A program made the translations under genes and the position numbers. The notes below the pieces were generated by a model. It did not search any database, was not told the DNA's origin, and was given only the letters and a program-made list of their open reading frames with translations. DNA of 60,108 nt from Eledone cirrhosa (taxonomy: Eukaryota): the NCBI GenBank assembly GCA_964016885.1, contig CAXHJY010001541.1:1-60108 (forward strand), given 5' to 3'. Below are positions 10,169-25,164 of the stretch, one piece after another. Position 1 is the stretch's first letter. Every line of letters starts with the position of its first letter.

Positions 10169-13100
10169 AATAGATATGGTTTCTGTGTGTGTTGGTGGTT
10201 AGCTGGCTGGTTGGTTTCTTGTGTTTGTATGTATATATCTATATGTGCGTGTTTGGACATATGTAACCTAATAGCAATGCGCACCGAAATTTAGCACCTG
10301 TGTAAATATCGTAATACTCTGTTTCAGTGAAGCAGCAGATATGTTGTCGACTCCAGCTTGAGTGCAAAAATAATTTAGCTTCTTATAATGTAGTTATAAA
10401 AATGCAACATGTTTTGTTTTGTGTTTTTCTACTGCTGATCTAACAGTACTAAAATATTAACCATAATTTTTCTTGTTTCACACAGGTGGTAATAAATACC
10501 AAAATGTTTGATATTATCGTGAGTTGTTCACTAATTAAATACCAGCTATGCGTACCGCCAAAGTTATTTTATTCTTTTTCTTATTTTTAAAAAGTATTAT
10601 TCTATTTGATTTCTAATTTTTAAAAATAACATTTTTTGTGACTAAGCTTTATATAAAGATAAACATACTGCGGTGTGTGCAGTAATTCATTGGGTGGCAA
10701 AAACACCAGCAATACCTTCGTTTTCCAACTAATTTTATGTGTTGATTTCAGCTGAACATAACAGTTACAGCAGGGTCTCAAACTCAGGATCCAAAAGGAC
10801 CATTACGTCATGTGGAAGAGGCTCAGAGGGCCAAACGTGAGATGAGGTGGGGGCGAGATATACACTTATTTTAATATTGCAATACAGCTGATAGGCTGCA
10901 ATTTTTTTTTTTTATCAATATGAATATATATATATAGTAAGCAGTTTGGCCAGGGAGAGGGGCATCTTTCTGCCAAAAAACTTTTTTACGATGAATTTTT
11001 CAAATGTTTGGGGCCTCATAACTTAACTAGAACAGGGCCTCAATGTCCTAAATCCGGCACTGGTAGTAAGATAGTATGTGAATTAGTACAAAATGTAGGG
11101 GGACACATTTTCCTTAATTTCGTTTTTACTTTTGGTAAATATCCCTTCTCTCTTTATTAATTAATTCAAATAGAGTGTATTTAATTAGAAATATGGGAAT
11201 AAAAGGCCTGGAACTGATGTCACTGTAATTAGGCAGATAATTAATTAGGTCTTTGTTTCTCTTGTAGCAGCTAGTTATCTATCAGCTGGGAGAAAAGGCA
11301 GCAGGATTAGAAACTTTACACTATCGAATTTGGTGCCTCACGATTTTTTAGTTTAAATCTCACAGATCAACTTTGTCTTTAATCTTTATACTATCAATAA
11401 AGTAAATGTCATTAATATACTGTAGGAGAGGACTCGATTTCTTTTTTACTGTGCCTCTACTATACAAAACCTAGCTTTCTCTAATCAAATGAAATCAATA
11501 TCTTCTCTTAAGTGAGCGTCAATGCAAAGAGGTAAGCTCCAAGCGAGCCATGACTTTAATGTGTTTCTATTTGGGGCTATATACATTTTACTTTACTTAC
11601 ACTAGTAATGTTTTTCTAACAAAAAAAAAATCAATGACACAATTTTCGCTAAATTATCAGTTATACTTTCCTTCTTCTTCTTTGTATGCCACATCATGTC
11701 TATGTAAATATGTGATGAACAGTTACGACATATATGTGTATTTGTGTGTGTACGTATGTACGTATATCATTATCGTTAATCAACATATTTTCCATGTACA
11801 GAGCCTCGTTAGCAAAGTATTAAGATATGCTTTCATAGAGATTACCGCGTGGAGGTGAGGTTGGCTCAGTCCCCATTATTTTCTAACCATACAAAATTAA
11901 TATTCAAACTGCTTAGTAAACTAAAGCTTCCTATGTTTCATGTTCCTGACCTAGTTTTAATTCCCATTCATATATGCATTTCTTCCCTGCTCTCCAGAAA
12001 GGTTTGAACATCACACAATCTCATTCTCCTCTGAACACAACCTGGCAAGATAAGAAAGCGGTAACTCTTAATGACCTAGTTGATTCCAATATCACACAAC
12101 AGTCGATAGAAATAATGACTAAGATGTTAAGGAGCATACTCGCATATCCTCTACATTCATCGCCCTTGTCTCATTGCCGACCTGTCAACAGGAAGATCTG
12201 CCACCCACTTGGGTGAGAGATGTTTTCTCTTGTGAAAATGGGTATAGCTTTCATTATGTAAAATCTCCCCATTTTGCCTGATTTCTCCCCGTTTTGGGGA
12301 ACTTTTTTTCATGGTACTCCCCATTTGGGTTTTTAGAGGTTGGCAGGTCTCCATTGCCATACAACTAACACTTCGCATACAGGTATCATACAGCCGGCTT
12401 TTGATTTGTGGAGAAAAAAAACCTTTGATGTCTATAGGTATTAGTTCTCTGTACTTTTCCTATCCTCTTCTTATTATAGCTCCCATGCTTTCAGAGCTCC
12501 TTCGTCCACTGCAGATTAAGTCATCTGATAACAAAATCTATCAACTACTTCTATGATGTTTACTTGGGAATAGATAAATATTTATTTCACTTCTGTTCTT
12601 ACTAGTTCCGTGCATATAAGCATGTGTGTGCGCGTGTGGTGTGCATTTGTGTGTATTTGTGTGTGTATGTGTGAGTGTGAGTGTGAGTATGTGTTGAGAG
12701 TGTCTGTGCTTACGTGCACACCACTTAACAACCTGTGTAGTTTATTTATGTTCTTTAATTTAGCGGTTCGACAAAAAGAGATCGATGACATAAGTACAGG
12801 GGTCAATGTGATCAATGGTGTCTCTGTCTTAGTCCAAACTTTACCATAATCTGTATTTGTGCTTTTGAATAAATTAGAAGCCATCTGCCTCACTGGCATA
12901 TTGTTGAGCTGTGTTGCCTTTCTCTTTTTTCTACAACTACTACAACGGATTTTAGCTGTCAGATCTTTTCGGTTGCATTATATCATCACTCGATATCACC
13001 TGCTGCAAACCCACAAAAAAAAAAATACAATATACAATCTTTCAATTCAATGATCTTTGCTCTATCGAGCCCCCTTTTCCTTCCAGGTATTCGAACATAA

Positions 13101-13399
13101 CTCCAGCTTTTTAACCCATGCAGTAACCATCATACTATATATTTTTTTAATTAATTAGCCGGAGAAGAAAAGGCAATGTCTTTGACTTTGGAGTCCCTCT
13201 TTGACTGGTAAGTTCAATATAATTGATGTTTGGTTTGAAATTCTGTAAGTCGGTATCAAGAGGAAAAACTTTAGCCGGAAGGAAGTTCTAGGAGGCAACA
13301 ATTCTAAGGAGGAATAATTGAATAACTGGATAAGTGTAAAGTTTGGTGGGGTTATGCACAGTAAGAATGACGAGAGGAGTGGAAGAAAGTGCATAAATA

Positions 13400-13707
13400 G
13401 TATGGTATGGTATGGTTCCGTAACTGCTGATGGAGTCGTAGGTGCAACGTAGTGACATACGGCGTTTCTTGGGCATCTTAAACCTAGCAGAGCCCATCCC
13501 TCTCCAGGCCTGAATAGAGCAGATTTCTTCCAGATAAAGATAGAAAGTGAGAGATTGGAAATGAGGAAGAGATATAGAGGAGGAATCGACCCCAGTACTT
13601 GACTGGTACTTTTTTTATCGACCTCGAAAGGATGAAAGGCAAAGTCGATCTCGACGGGATTTGAACTCAGAGAGCAAAGAGCCGGAACGAATACTGCCAA
13701 TTCGCCA
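13400..13707 (-). mobile_element. Meta-type SINE, long-tail subfamily
   Basis: Reverse-complement match to the 9827-10168 family. Confidence 0.7.
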
Positions 13708-14299
13708 AATAAATAGTATACAGTTTGCTAATTCAGAGGACCAGAAGCTATTGTAGTAGTGGATGAAGATGGTAAAAAGACAGATCGTATTTTAACCAGT
13801 AGTGTGTTGGTAAGTGAATCATTACTAATCCTCCAAATAGCCCTTATAAATCGAAAAAGGCACACTTACGAGTTGTACGTTATAATTTTCCTGTTCAGAC
13901 ATGATAATAAAGTATTTATATTAGATGATACCTCAACAAAAATAGTTAATGTTTATTAAGTCTACTATTATATTTACACTGCTACATTTGATGTATATCT
14001 AATTTACAGAAAAGGAAGACTTCATTATAGCTAATCTATATTTTTCTAAGAACTCTTTAATCATGTATTTTATCGGTATATTTATTGTGAGTGAGCGTGT
14101 TTGTGGGAAATGTTTGTATGTGAAAGTGAATGGAAGTGTTTGAGCGGAAGAACATATTTTACCTAAAGTAAATAGCCATGTATGTTGCGCTTTAGTAAGG
14201 AGCACTTACATATACAAGATAACTAATTATGACAGTAGTAATAGTAATTTAGAGAACTTATCAATCAGTTTAACATAGAAAATGATAAAGCATATAAAA

Positions 14300-14710
14300 T
14301 GGTTTCTGATTTAGGTACAAAGCCAATAATTTGGGGTAGGGGAAAATCGATTAAATCGATCCCAGTGCGTCTGGTGCTTTATTCTATCGACCCCGTTAGG
14401 CTAAGCTAACCTCGGCGGGATTTGAACACAGAACATAAATGGCCATAAGCTCTATGCTGCAAAGCATGCTGTCCCACGCTCTACCAATACTGCCAATCCA
14501 CTGCTCATATAAAACATATATAATTGTTTCTACTTTGGGCACAAGGCCAGCAATTACCCCAGTGCATTACTGGTGCTATATTTTATCGACCCCCGTAAGG
14601 ATGAGAGGCAAAGTTAACCTCGGCGGATTTGAACTCAGACTTTAAAGGGCCGTAACTCTATGCTGCAAAGCATGGCATCCAACCCTCTACCGATACTGCC
14701 AATCTACGTC
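14300..14710 (-). mobile_element. Two tandem Meta-type SINEs
   Basis: Two copies of ...AACCTCGGCGGGATTTGAAC...ATACTGCCAATC. Confidence 0.75.
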
Positions 14711-14737
14711 GTTCCGTTATGCTGTCTTCATAACATA

Positions 14738-15015
14738 TGTGAAGTGCTTAAGGTGTTCGGCTTGCGGTCGTAATGTCGTGAGTTCGATTCCCGACGATAC
14801 GTTGTGTCCTTGGGCAAGACACTTTATTTCACTCAGCTGGAGAAAACGAGTTGTACCTGTAATACTGTGTCGTCACACTCAATCTCCACGAGAACTACGC
14901 TAATGGTTCACGTGTGTGTGTGGAATGCTCAGCCACTTGCAAATTAATCTTTTGAGCAGACTGTTCCGTTGCTCGAATAATTGTAACACTCGTCGTCGGA
15001 AGCGACGAAGATCCA
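14738..15015 (+). mobile_element. CORE-type SINE
   Basis: GAGTTCGATTCC followed by GTTGTGTCCTTGGGCAAGACACTT. Confidence 0.7.
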
Positions 15016-17419
15016 GCACATACATCACACCACATACATATCAAGTAGCAATTACTTATAAATAAATCTACTAACAGATATTTATAGCGTTAAAAGTATG
15101 AAATAGAACTTTTTCTCTTAACCCTTTCGTTAATAAGTTTCTGTGATTTTTAATTAATTCTGAAAATAATAAATAATTTGGAGAGATTTAGTAAAATAAC
15201 TAATTTTCCCTTACCAAATTGGTGTTTGGAGTATAACTTAACAATAGTTCTTATATAGAATGGTCATGGAATGTTTTCAGATCAATAAAAATATATATTT
15301 TAAAACAGGGAATTTTTTATCATAAAACCAGGGACAGTTTCATGCGGGTTGGTATCAAAAAGATTAAAATAGCTGCTTAAAATTGTTGGTGTGCTTAAGC
15401 ACAGGGGGAGGGGGAATCTTCCTGCCCCCAATTTATTTTTTTTACCGGGTCTACCTCCTTCAGGACCCAAGTAAGGGACCTCATAACTTAACTGGCACAG
15501 GGTCTCATTTGTCCTAAATCCAGCATTGGTTTGCGATAATAGTAAATGATTGTTTTAAATTCAGCTTGCTGCTTCTGGCAACATATTTTACTGTGAAAAA
15601 TATGATAGCATAGTTTGAATATGGATGTTTTCTTTAATATATAAACAAAGAGTAACCTAAATAGAGCAGCTGAAGGGGTTATATTTTTTAGTGTAGGGAC
15701 TCGGATCGTCATTATTGTCCAGTGCAGTGTATTCATCATATGTACTAGAAATGATGACTAATGTGACTCATCTATATACGTCCTGTCTGTCGAAAACATA
15801 TTTACTATTCAAGTCAATATTTGAGGATATATTTGTGAGATTTCTTTGGACCACTTATTATTTGTAATGTTTCTTGGTTGAAGATGACTTGACCGTGAAA
15901 CTGAAAGATGTTGTCAAAAACTGTAGAATCCTAGGCTTCGTGTATATTGTTTCTATCGATATGGATCATAATCTTAGACAAGTGTGATAATAACATTGTA
16001 CCGAACCGATTTTTTCTTCATTAGAAAAATAAATCCCAACTTCATCATATTCCTTTAATGTATTTAATTTCACCCCATTGTTTTCTATGTTTTCTATGTT
16101 CAAAACCAAATTACGTTTCAGCACTATGAGGGCAATACAATAAGTGACGATAATTTTAATCCTTCCCATATTAACTAGTAATACCCTCTAAAGATTTATC
16201 AGAAAATATAGAAAAACTGGTTTGTTAATTTAAATATGTTATAGTATCTTTACTTGTGAACAGATCTTTATGAAAGTTTGAAGTTATCAAAAGTGAAGAC
16301 TTTAATTTTAATTTAATTTTAATGTAATTGTGCTCTTTTGTACTTTACAAAGATATTTTGCTAACGTTGTTTCATACAGTACAAGACGTTGTATGTTAAA
16401 ATTGGCCGTGTGCCTAGATAGATTAAATCTATTCATATAACATATTTATTTAATTCAAACATAACAAAATAAGCCTGATATATGTAAATGAACAATTTTC
16501 TTGCATGACTGTTTCACTAAATCAACGTCTTTTGATCTATAAACAGCTCCTATGTGTGTTTCCTTGTCTTTAATTATTTACAGGATTGACAAGATGTACT
16601 TGATACGAAATGCTGGAATAGACAGCCTTACCTTTCGATCGCTATTATATAGATTACGTAGTAACTTGACTATAGTGTATGGAATGGACCTCCGTCAGTT
16701 TCGACGATGAGTGTTCCAGTTGAAATTAGCGTGTATCCTTAACGTAATTTTCAATGAAATTCAGCGTGATACAGGGTGATAAGGCTGACTTTTTGAATTA
16801 CGGGCATAGTCCATCCGAGGGGCTTCCAAACAGTTTCATTCACAAGGCATGGGTCGACCGAGGCTGTGGTAAATGACATTTTCCTAAGATGCCACGTAGT
16901 GAGATAGAACCCGGGACCTTATGTTTCTTAATCATTCGGCTATGCTGCGTCCATAGTATGATGTAAAGAATGTTAAGATACCGCTGTTCATAGCAGAGAT
17001 AAAAATACAATACACAAGTCTGACTTGTTCAATTTCTAAATACATTTGAGTTGGTTGTTATCGAAAAGATCAAACGTGGAATTAAATACTGATTAATATT
17101 TTTGTAAAGATTCCTCAGAATTCAAAACAAGCTCTCTTTTATTCTATTACTTTCTATCTCGTATTTTTAACTTGAATACTAAACAGTTTATTTTATTTTG
17201 TTGGTAGACAACGTATAAAAAGCATGTTTGTATTATGCTAACTTCTTTTATCATTTATCGTTAGAGCGTCGAATAGAATGCTTGACAATATTAGTAGAAG
17301 TGCTCTGAGTTCAAATCCTGTCAACTATGCCTTTCATCCATCATCAAGGGTGAGAATGAAGAAGGGATGGAGAAATGTCCATTGCCTTTTCAGACCGTCG
17401 TTGCTTCGGCTACAAATCT

Positions 17420-17665
17420 GAACACAGTCGCCCGTAACGTAGAGGAGCAGGAGATATCAAAATGACTTGAACAACCGCTTCCTTTTCGTGTTGGTCGCTG
17501 TCGAGATCACCGATGTCCTTGGTCTCTGGACTATTGTTTTCCTTCGTAAAATAGGGAGGAGTTCATCCCGCCTGCGGAATGAGTTCCAATGAGTTGGAAT
17601 GTTGCATGCAGCGTGTATCGTTGGCTATTCTCCGTGCCATACTTTTTACTATTTTGCTACGCAGT
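17420..17665 (+). pseudogene. Decayed 3' fragment of a restriction-like-endonuclease non-LTR element (CRE-like)
   Basis: Broken frames read PFVLVAVEITDVLG...QRVSLAILR, resembling the CRE-clade C-terminus. Confidence 0.4.
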
Positions 17666-18719
17666 GCAGCTGATATATACCACCTAAAGTTTACTCCCCT
17701 TCCGCTTTTTATTATTCAATCACCCCCGTTTTTCTCTTTTCCAATTTTCCTTTTTTAATCTTTTCGTAATTTTTAAAACTTTCATCATTGGAGATAACTG
17801 TTACTGCAAGATATGAGTAAAGTTAATAGTCATTTAAAATTCTTACTAGTTACTGGCTAGCGAGAAAACATGTAAAGAGAGAGAAAGTTCTTGAAACTTG
17901 TAGTGTAGAGAAATTTTAGAAGTTTTTACCGAGTCTTTTTTGTCAGTGGTTTAGTGTTGTCTGTTGTTGATTTCTAAGGTTTTTATTCAATTGTCACTTC
18001 CTTTAAAGTTATCCATTAGGTAATTATTTTAGAAGTTGTTCGTGTGTGTAATTTAGGAGAATAATGGGAACGAGACCTTATAATATCGAATTTTAGTTAT
18101 GTCCACCATGGTAGTTTATAGTGTCAAATTTGGGTCATGTACATTAAAAATTAGTATTTTACCCATCAAATATACTTTTATTAATAGTCTTGGAGTCAAT
18201 CTCTGTTCAGCTAAAGTCCGTTTAAAAAGCAATAAAATAAAATGATTAGTTTCAAAAACTTGGCCCCATTTCACTTGACCCATAGAAATGAAATGAATAC
18301 ACGCAGGAATTCTAAATACGTTCTCAATCTTCTCAAGTATTCCTGTATGATACAAAGAAAATACAATGACCATTGTGTGACTTATGATTAGTGAGTTTGT
18401 ATTTAAGAAAGAAACAAGAGATTTTTGTTTTCAGGGTATAAATTAGTTTTATGTCTGAGTCAGAAAGAAAAGATTGTGTCTACGACTTTGGTAGACTAGT
18501 CAGATCGATAGTTTACCTTTAAGTTGACATCTGCAGGAAATATTGGTAGGGTGAGGAGAATTTCCCGGTGAGAGAATTCGCGTTAGTGAGTAGCTGGACT
18601 TGGAATTTGTGACCCATTAGGAATAAGATGATGGGGACGAGTATGTCGGGTAATTTTAGGTGAAGATGGTGTACAACTAGTTAGTTCAGTGGTACAGAGA
18701 CCATTCTAGCAGTGGTTCG

Positions 18720-19028
18720 TGTGATGGTCCCTTGACTTCTAATGAAGTTGTAGGGCATTTAAACCTGGCAGAGACCATCCCCCTCAAGGTCGGAACACGG
18801 CTGATTTCTTCCAGAGAGAAACAGAAGTGACAAAGACAGAGGGGGGGGGGGGGGCTTTAAAGGAAGAATCGACTCCAGTACTTTATTTATCAACCTCGAA
18901 AGGATGGACGATTTAGTTGACCAGAACGAGATTTGGACTCAGTATTCAGAGAGTCGGAAAAATTACCTACCATGAGCTAGACAGGGCATCGGTCTGATTT
19001 TCTAACAACTCTTGTCAATTCACCACCT
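18720..19028 (-). mobile_element. Meta-type SINE, long-tail subfamily, diverged
   Basis: Similarity to 13400-13707. Confidence 0.65.
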
Positions 19029-19268
19029 TTCTCTTAGTGGTAGCAAAAATAATGAGAGAAGACGGAGGGGGGGGGGGGTCTGTGGACTGGGGGTTGTAGT
19101 GCATCTGTCGGTCAGCCTCTTTTGGGATTCTATCAAAGCGTCAGCTGCAGCAGTGTCCATTGTGGGCTTCCATTAATTGACCAGAGGGGAAATATTTTCT
19201 GACCCTGAAGAAGAAAACTAGTTTTTGGAATGCACTCTTAGCTATGTTATATATATGTGGAGTTGACG

Positions 19269-19335
<67 letters not shown>

Positions 19336-20059
19336 AGCGAGAATGCACAGGAATCACGACCTTAACTGTGTCTCATACATGGCAAATACCAACTGTTAAT
19401 TGAAATTCTCCTCTTTATTTGGGACAGAAATCAAAAACTTAACTTATTTGACCTCGTTGATGAGGGATATCCAAGTCCGATCCTACTTGATCAATCAACA
19501 GAGAATTCACATATAGAAAACTAGTGTGTTTGGCCAATAGCAATTTGCATGATTAAACGAAGAAACAGAATGAGCTAAGGGAAAAAATTCAAATAGGCTA
19601 ATAGCAGGAATTTTGACACCAGATAAGGGTTGAGGCATTGAATAACATGCAAATAATTCTCAGTTGATTGTTTGTCTCTTAGTTTGAGAAGGAAACCAAA
19701 ACCTAACGGAAATTGTTAGTCACTCCCAAAGACTTGCTACCTTAGACTTAGCTCTCCACCCTCAGTCATTTGACACTTTGGGCAGCAAGGTTCCGCCATT
19801 TCAAATGATTAGTCGCTTTTCCCCCTCAAATAGGCGCAGACGTGTCTGTGTAGTTAAGGAGTTCGCTTCACAACCAGGTGAACAGAATCTTTTAATGGAG
19901 CTACGCGGTTCCTTGAGTAAGTGACTTCTACAGCCTCGGGTTGATTAACACATTGTGAAGGAAACCTGGTTATGAATTAAGGAGCTACTTTCTTCACAAA
20001 TCAAAGTTCAGTTATATTTTGGTCCAGGCAGATTGGTATTTACCCTGTAGCTCCAATAA

Positions 20060-20663
20060 TAACGAATATCAAGCTGAATGTGTATCTTGGATACTGCAAA
20101 CTCCTCATCAATGGTCTTTCCCTTGCATTTTCCTTACTATAGTGACATCAAGTGGGCCGCTGATTTCTACAATAGAACGGGTTTTACACGTGTGGTCTCA
20201 AAACAATATCAGGTCGGTTATGCTTTAATTTGGTGGTAGTTTTTATATTTTGGTTCCTCCAGTATTCCTTTGAGCCATCAGTCCCAACATATTCCTCTCT
20301 ATTTGATTTAATTTTTGTCTTTCGTAATGTATTCCAGATCGTTCTAGCTATCACATCATGTCTCACGAGGAGGTAGTAACGAGAAGACATTCTTCCATAG
20401 TTGGACATAATGTGGCTAACATCTTCAATCTTTGTTTTCCACAGCCTACATTTATTGTCAACTGATGACCTTCCTATTTTGTACAGTAGGTACTTGGTAG
20501 GGATTTCTTGTTCCTGGATTGCATGGAGATATCCTTCAAGGCGGGGTGTTATGAACTTGTCAGAACTCCATGTCAGGCTTTTAGTATGGTTTATCATCTC
20601 TGTGGTCTGTGTTTGTTGTCTCAAGTACCCATGTGTAACCTTGTTAGTGAATTGGTCATGCAT
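20060..20663 (-). pseudogene. R4/Dong-like non-LTR retrotransposon fragment (decayed zinc knuckle and RLE)
   Basis: AIQEQEIPT...CRL...HI...RHDVIA...NRPDIV in ORF 20184-20663, continuing after a frameshift as VEISGPLD. Confidence 0.75.
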
Positions 20664-22405
20664 GCATACATGCTGGTATGTATGTATGTATGTATGTATG
20701 TATGTATGTATGTATGTATGTCAATGGCCATCAAAAATCACCGGGAGAGATGACCCCTTAGCCTTTGTCAAGGCAGAATTCTAGGAGAAGGAAAACTCTG
20801 ATATAACACCTGCAACCCTGATGGTATCCAATGATGTTGACTTGTTCTTCTTTTTGGTAAATATCATCTTGGTTAAGAGAGTGGGACTGGCTTTGTGCAG
20901 TGCCTTTGCTCACTATAAAAGCTTCACGGCACAGGCATTGCTTTATATCTGGAGATCTCTCTGCACTTGTCATCACATGGTACCATGGGCCCAGCACTAT
21001 GTGTCAATAATTGTCACAAGTGTAGTGTTTGTACCAGAGTGTTCAAGTCGCTGGCTGGACTAAAAAGTCACACTTTTTCAGCGCATCGGTAGGGGTTCTC
21101 CTACATGGATATAAAGTAGTGGCCGTACTCGAAAACGAGTTGGCAGCCACCATGTATGTATGTATGTATGTATGTACGTAGTAATTCAACTACGGTGAGG
21201 GTATGAAATGGACTTCCGTCGGTTTCAACGATGATTATTCCAGTTGTTCGATCAACGAGATAGCCTGCTCTTGAAATTGTGGGCTTCCTGATCAAGCAGA
21301 CTCGAGTTTGACAATATTTCGCTGACGGGGTTTACTAGTCCGAAGCATTATCTCAAGGAAAATTTGAATTTACCCCGTAAATATGCAAATCAACTTGTGT
21401 AATTGATTCTTGTTTTTATTTATTTTATTTTTTTCGTAATACACATCAATTGGTCTTTTATTAAATAAATTTCAATTAAATTTAAACTGTTTGCAATAAA
21501 AAAAAAAAGAAAAGAAAAGAAAAAATAATGAAAGGGAAAGGGGGGGGGGGGTCTGAGTCTACATTCCAATCTAGACGATATATCTCAGCTAAAATTATTG
21601 AGATTAACTCCCCTTTTTTCTTTGAGTCTGGCAGTCGCTAACAATTATCGATAGGACTTTCTTTCTCTTAACCTGTGTATTAAATATTATATATCTAAAT
21701 CTATGTCATTGGCTTATTTCAAGTTACTTCTCTTAGCTCATTTTATTTTGAATTACACACACATACATTATTATTATTCTCATAATCACAAGCCTTTTGT
21801 TGGTAATTTAATTTTCTAATGCTTTCTGCACACACACACCTCGATTATTTACTCGTGGCACGTGTATTAAAGTCGGTTCAATCGACTAACCTCTTCCCAA
21901 TGTCTGTAATAATCATCATTATTATTATCATATAAAACATCTATAAAAGAACATTACCATAAATAAATAAAATCAACGGAATCATGAATGCCAACATTAT
22001 TCAGATAATTAGAATTAAAAAAACATTTGGGAAGATGACACTTTGCTTGGGGAACTTTTGATAGATTTTTGTGTATTATATTTGTGAGGTTCCTAGCAAT
22101 AATTAATTGTATATTTTATAGATGCTTATATTTTCATTCTGTAAGGGTTTGTAATGATATTTATACAACTGAGAATAATAAAAACAAAGTTTACTAAAAA
22201 TAATGTTAATTTATTTGTTGTCATTGTAACTGGCGAACATTTTAAGTGTGATATTTATTGCTGCAAACACAATGATTTTATTTATACAGTTATTATACGA
22301 ATTTACTGTTTATTTATCGTAAACAAATTACCGAATTTAAATTTCTTACAATTTATTATATTCAGAATACCATTTCATTAAACCTCAGCATTTGTTTTAT
22401 AATCA

Positions 22406-23270
22406 TTTCTAGCATAGGCAGAAAGCCAGAAAATAGGGGGGGCATTATATTAATTCTGGTACTTGACTGGTACTTTATCTTATCGATCTCGGAAGGATGA
22501 AAGACAAGGTTAACCTCGGCCAGATTTGAACTCAGAACGTAAAAAGCCAGAAGAAATACAGCACAGTATTTTGTACAACGGTGTACTGATTCTGTCAATC
22601 CATTGCTTATAGTTGTGTGCTAATAACTTCTAATTTAGACACAAACCAATAATTGTAGGGGAGGGGGAAGGTCGATTATAACGACCACCAGTGGTTTATA
22701 TCAATCCTAGTACTTGACTGGTACTTTATTTTATCGACTCTGGAGGGTTGAAAGGCAAAGCTGACCACGGTAGGGTTTGAAACCAGCACGTAAAGGGTCG
22801 TAACTAAATACTGCACTGTATTTTGTCCGACGCTCAAACGATTCTGCCAACCCACTGCTGTTATTTAACATTGTTAATGATTTCTAATTTAAGTACAAAG
22901 CCAGTAATTTACGAAGATGGGAAAGTCGATTAAATTGACTCCAATACTTAACTGGTACTTTTTTTTTTTATCGACCCCGTAAACAGCCGTAACTACATGC
23001 TGCAAAACAGTTTATCCAACGTTCTAACGATTCTGCTAACCCACCACTGTTGTTTGTTTCTACTTTTGACACAAAACCAGCAATTTGAAAAGATGGGTAA
23101 AATCGATTAAATCGACACCAGCACTTTATTGGTACTTTATGTTATCGACCCCGGAAGGATGAAAGTAAAAGTTGACACCGGCGGGATTTGAAACCAGAAC
23201 GTAAAGGGCCGTAACTAAATGCTACAGAGCATTTTGCCCGACGCCCTAATAATTCTGCCAACCCACAACT
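22406..23270 (-). mobile_element. Head-to-tail array of four Meta-type SINEs
   Basis: Units at about 22406-22606, 22627-22858, 22880-23048 (internally deleted) and 23055-23270. Confidence 0.75.
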
Positions 23271-25164
23271 ATTGTTTGTTAATAATAGAATCAGACAAAG
23301 TGAGTGGTCAGTGTCCACAGTGCCATCATGGCAAAAGGAAGCGGGGTCAGATGAGACTACTGGATCGATATTCTACCAAAAGAAGTAGAGTAGTTTAGAC
23401 AACAGTACGGTGACAATTTGGAATGTATTCCTTGAATTTTATGAATACTATAACTGTATTTCGTTTTGTATAAGTGAATAAAAGGGTTGGTGTCAGGAAG
23501 GGCATCAAGCTATAAAACATGGATTGCTTTTAATCGTCTGCTCTTTGAATCGACAAATAAATGGATGCTGTTTACGGAGAAACTGCACAGAATATAATTT
23601 TTAATTTAAACATTATTATATATATATATTATTATATATATATTAAAATTATCATTATTATATATATATATATATCAAAAGCTCCAATTATGATATGATT
23701 TTAGCTGCTATTTCAGCAAATCGAGAGATCACATAGCTGCCTCCATCCATCCCTATTTGAATCTCCTTTATACTGCTGTTCAATTCAATCTCCCTCAAAC
23801 AATACCCTAATGGTTTTTTTTAAGTGAGAGTACATTAGATATAGATCACACTGTTTGGCTATGGTTACAACTAGAACGCCTTAAATCATATTTGTACGAA
23901 CATGATCAAGTCGTGACAAAAACACTAATGTTTGTTTTAGCAAACAAGAATAGCTGACACCATAATTTTAATCCTTTCTAGAGGTTCCATAATTTTCAGC
24001 ACTATTCTTACAAATATTTCGTGGATAGTGTGTAACAATTCCCCCCTCTCTCTCTCTCTCCCTCTCTGTGATGTGTGTGTTGTATATAACCAGCGTATAA
24101 TAAGAACTTTATTAATGTTTTCAAGGAATCTTTATTAAGTTAAACTTTATAGAAAATACATCTACCTTTTCATTGAATTTACATTGTTAAATTTATTTCA
24201 TATGTTTTGGGCACAAAGCGTTTATTTAATAGTTATTAATTTTATTTCAATTTTTAAAAAATTCACATAATTTACCGCTAAGTGAATTACTTTTGTTTGA
24301 GATATATATTCAGAATTGAAATTATCTGTACGCTCACATACTATGAGTTTAAAATATATATAACGGGAGATAACTCTGCTATTTATGAATTCAAATTTTG
24401 AAATCGGAAGAGTTTATCTTCATTGCGATGTTCTCGATTTTATCCTCAGCTTTTACAGCGTTATGAATTTGATAGCGCCTGTCTTTCACTGCTATTTTTT
24501 TTTTTCGCTACCAAAAACTTTTTGTATTTAAATGAATTATTATACAGTAAAAATCATTATCAACATCGTCTTTACGTTGACCTTTCCGTGCTGCATGGGT
24601 TGGAGGGGATTTTAGCTGGCTCAGTAAATTGTGTTGCTTTCCAACAGACAACAAAACGTAGTTTTTTATGGCTTGTGTGCTGCATACTAGTGGATTATAA
24701 TGCACAGAGAAGATCCAATGAGGTCAAAACATGTCCAGAATTGTCATAATGGTTACTAAAGATCAACCTCAGTACTATTTGTCCACCCCCACTGATGACA
24801 TAGACATGAAACTTCATTTTTTCGCAACCTATATTTTGCCAATTTCTTTGCTTGCCTAACAGAGAATAAAATTTCATTAATGTTAATTACTTTCTTCCTT
24901 GTTATGGTTGTACTTTTAACTAATTCAAGACTATTTTCAGCTAGCTGCCTCAAGTATGGTAGCCAGTACTTAGCTATAAGTTTCTCAGACAGAAAGCATC
25001 ATTGGGAAATGTTCCAATGTCATATTAGTTTACCTATTCAATATATGTTCTTCACACAAATGTGCAATTTCTCTTAGTTGCCCTGAAATCTAGGTAGTCA
25101 TGAGTGAGCTATACTTTGCTAAGGAGATTTAGAATCAACACCAAAGATCGTTCACCCCTAGATA

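Noticed and set aside
19201-19240. CTGAAGA AGAAAAC-TA-GTTTTT GGAA near a (TC)(TA) tract
   Set aside because: GAAA and stem I are missing; at best a decayed HHR.
21321-21350. CTGACGG GG...CC GAAG HHR-like string
   Set aside because: Two core mismatches and no stems I or III.
24695-24855. Possible alternative CDK7 terminal exon (minus-strand acceptor), or snoRNA/HHR at CTGATGA 24792
   Set aside because: The peptide resembles nothing I recognise, and no terminal stem or ribozyme stems form.
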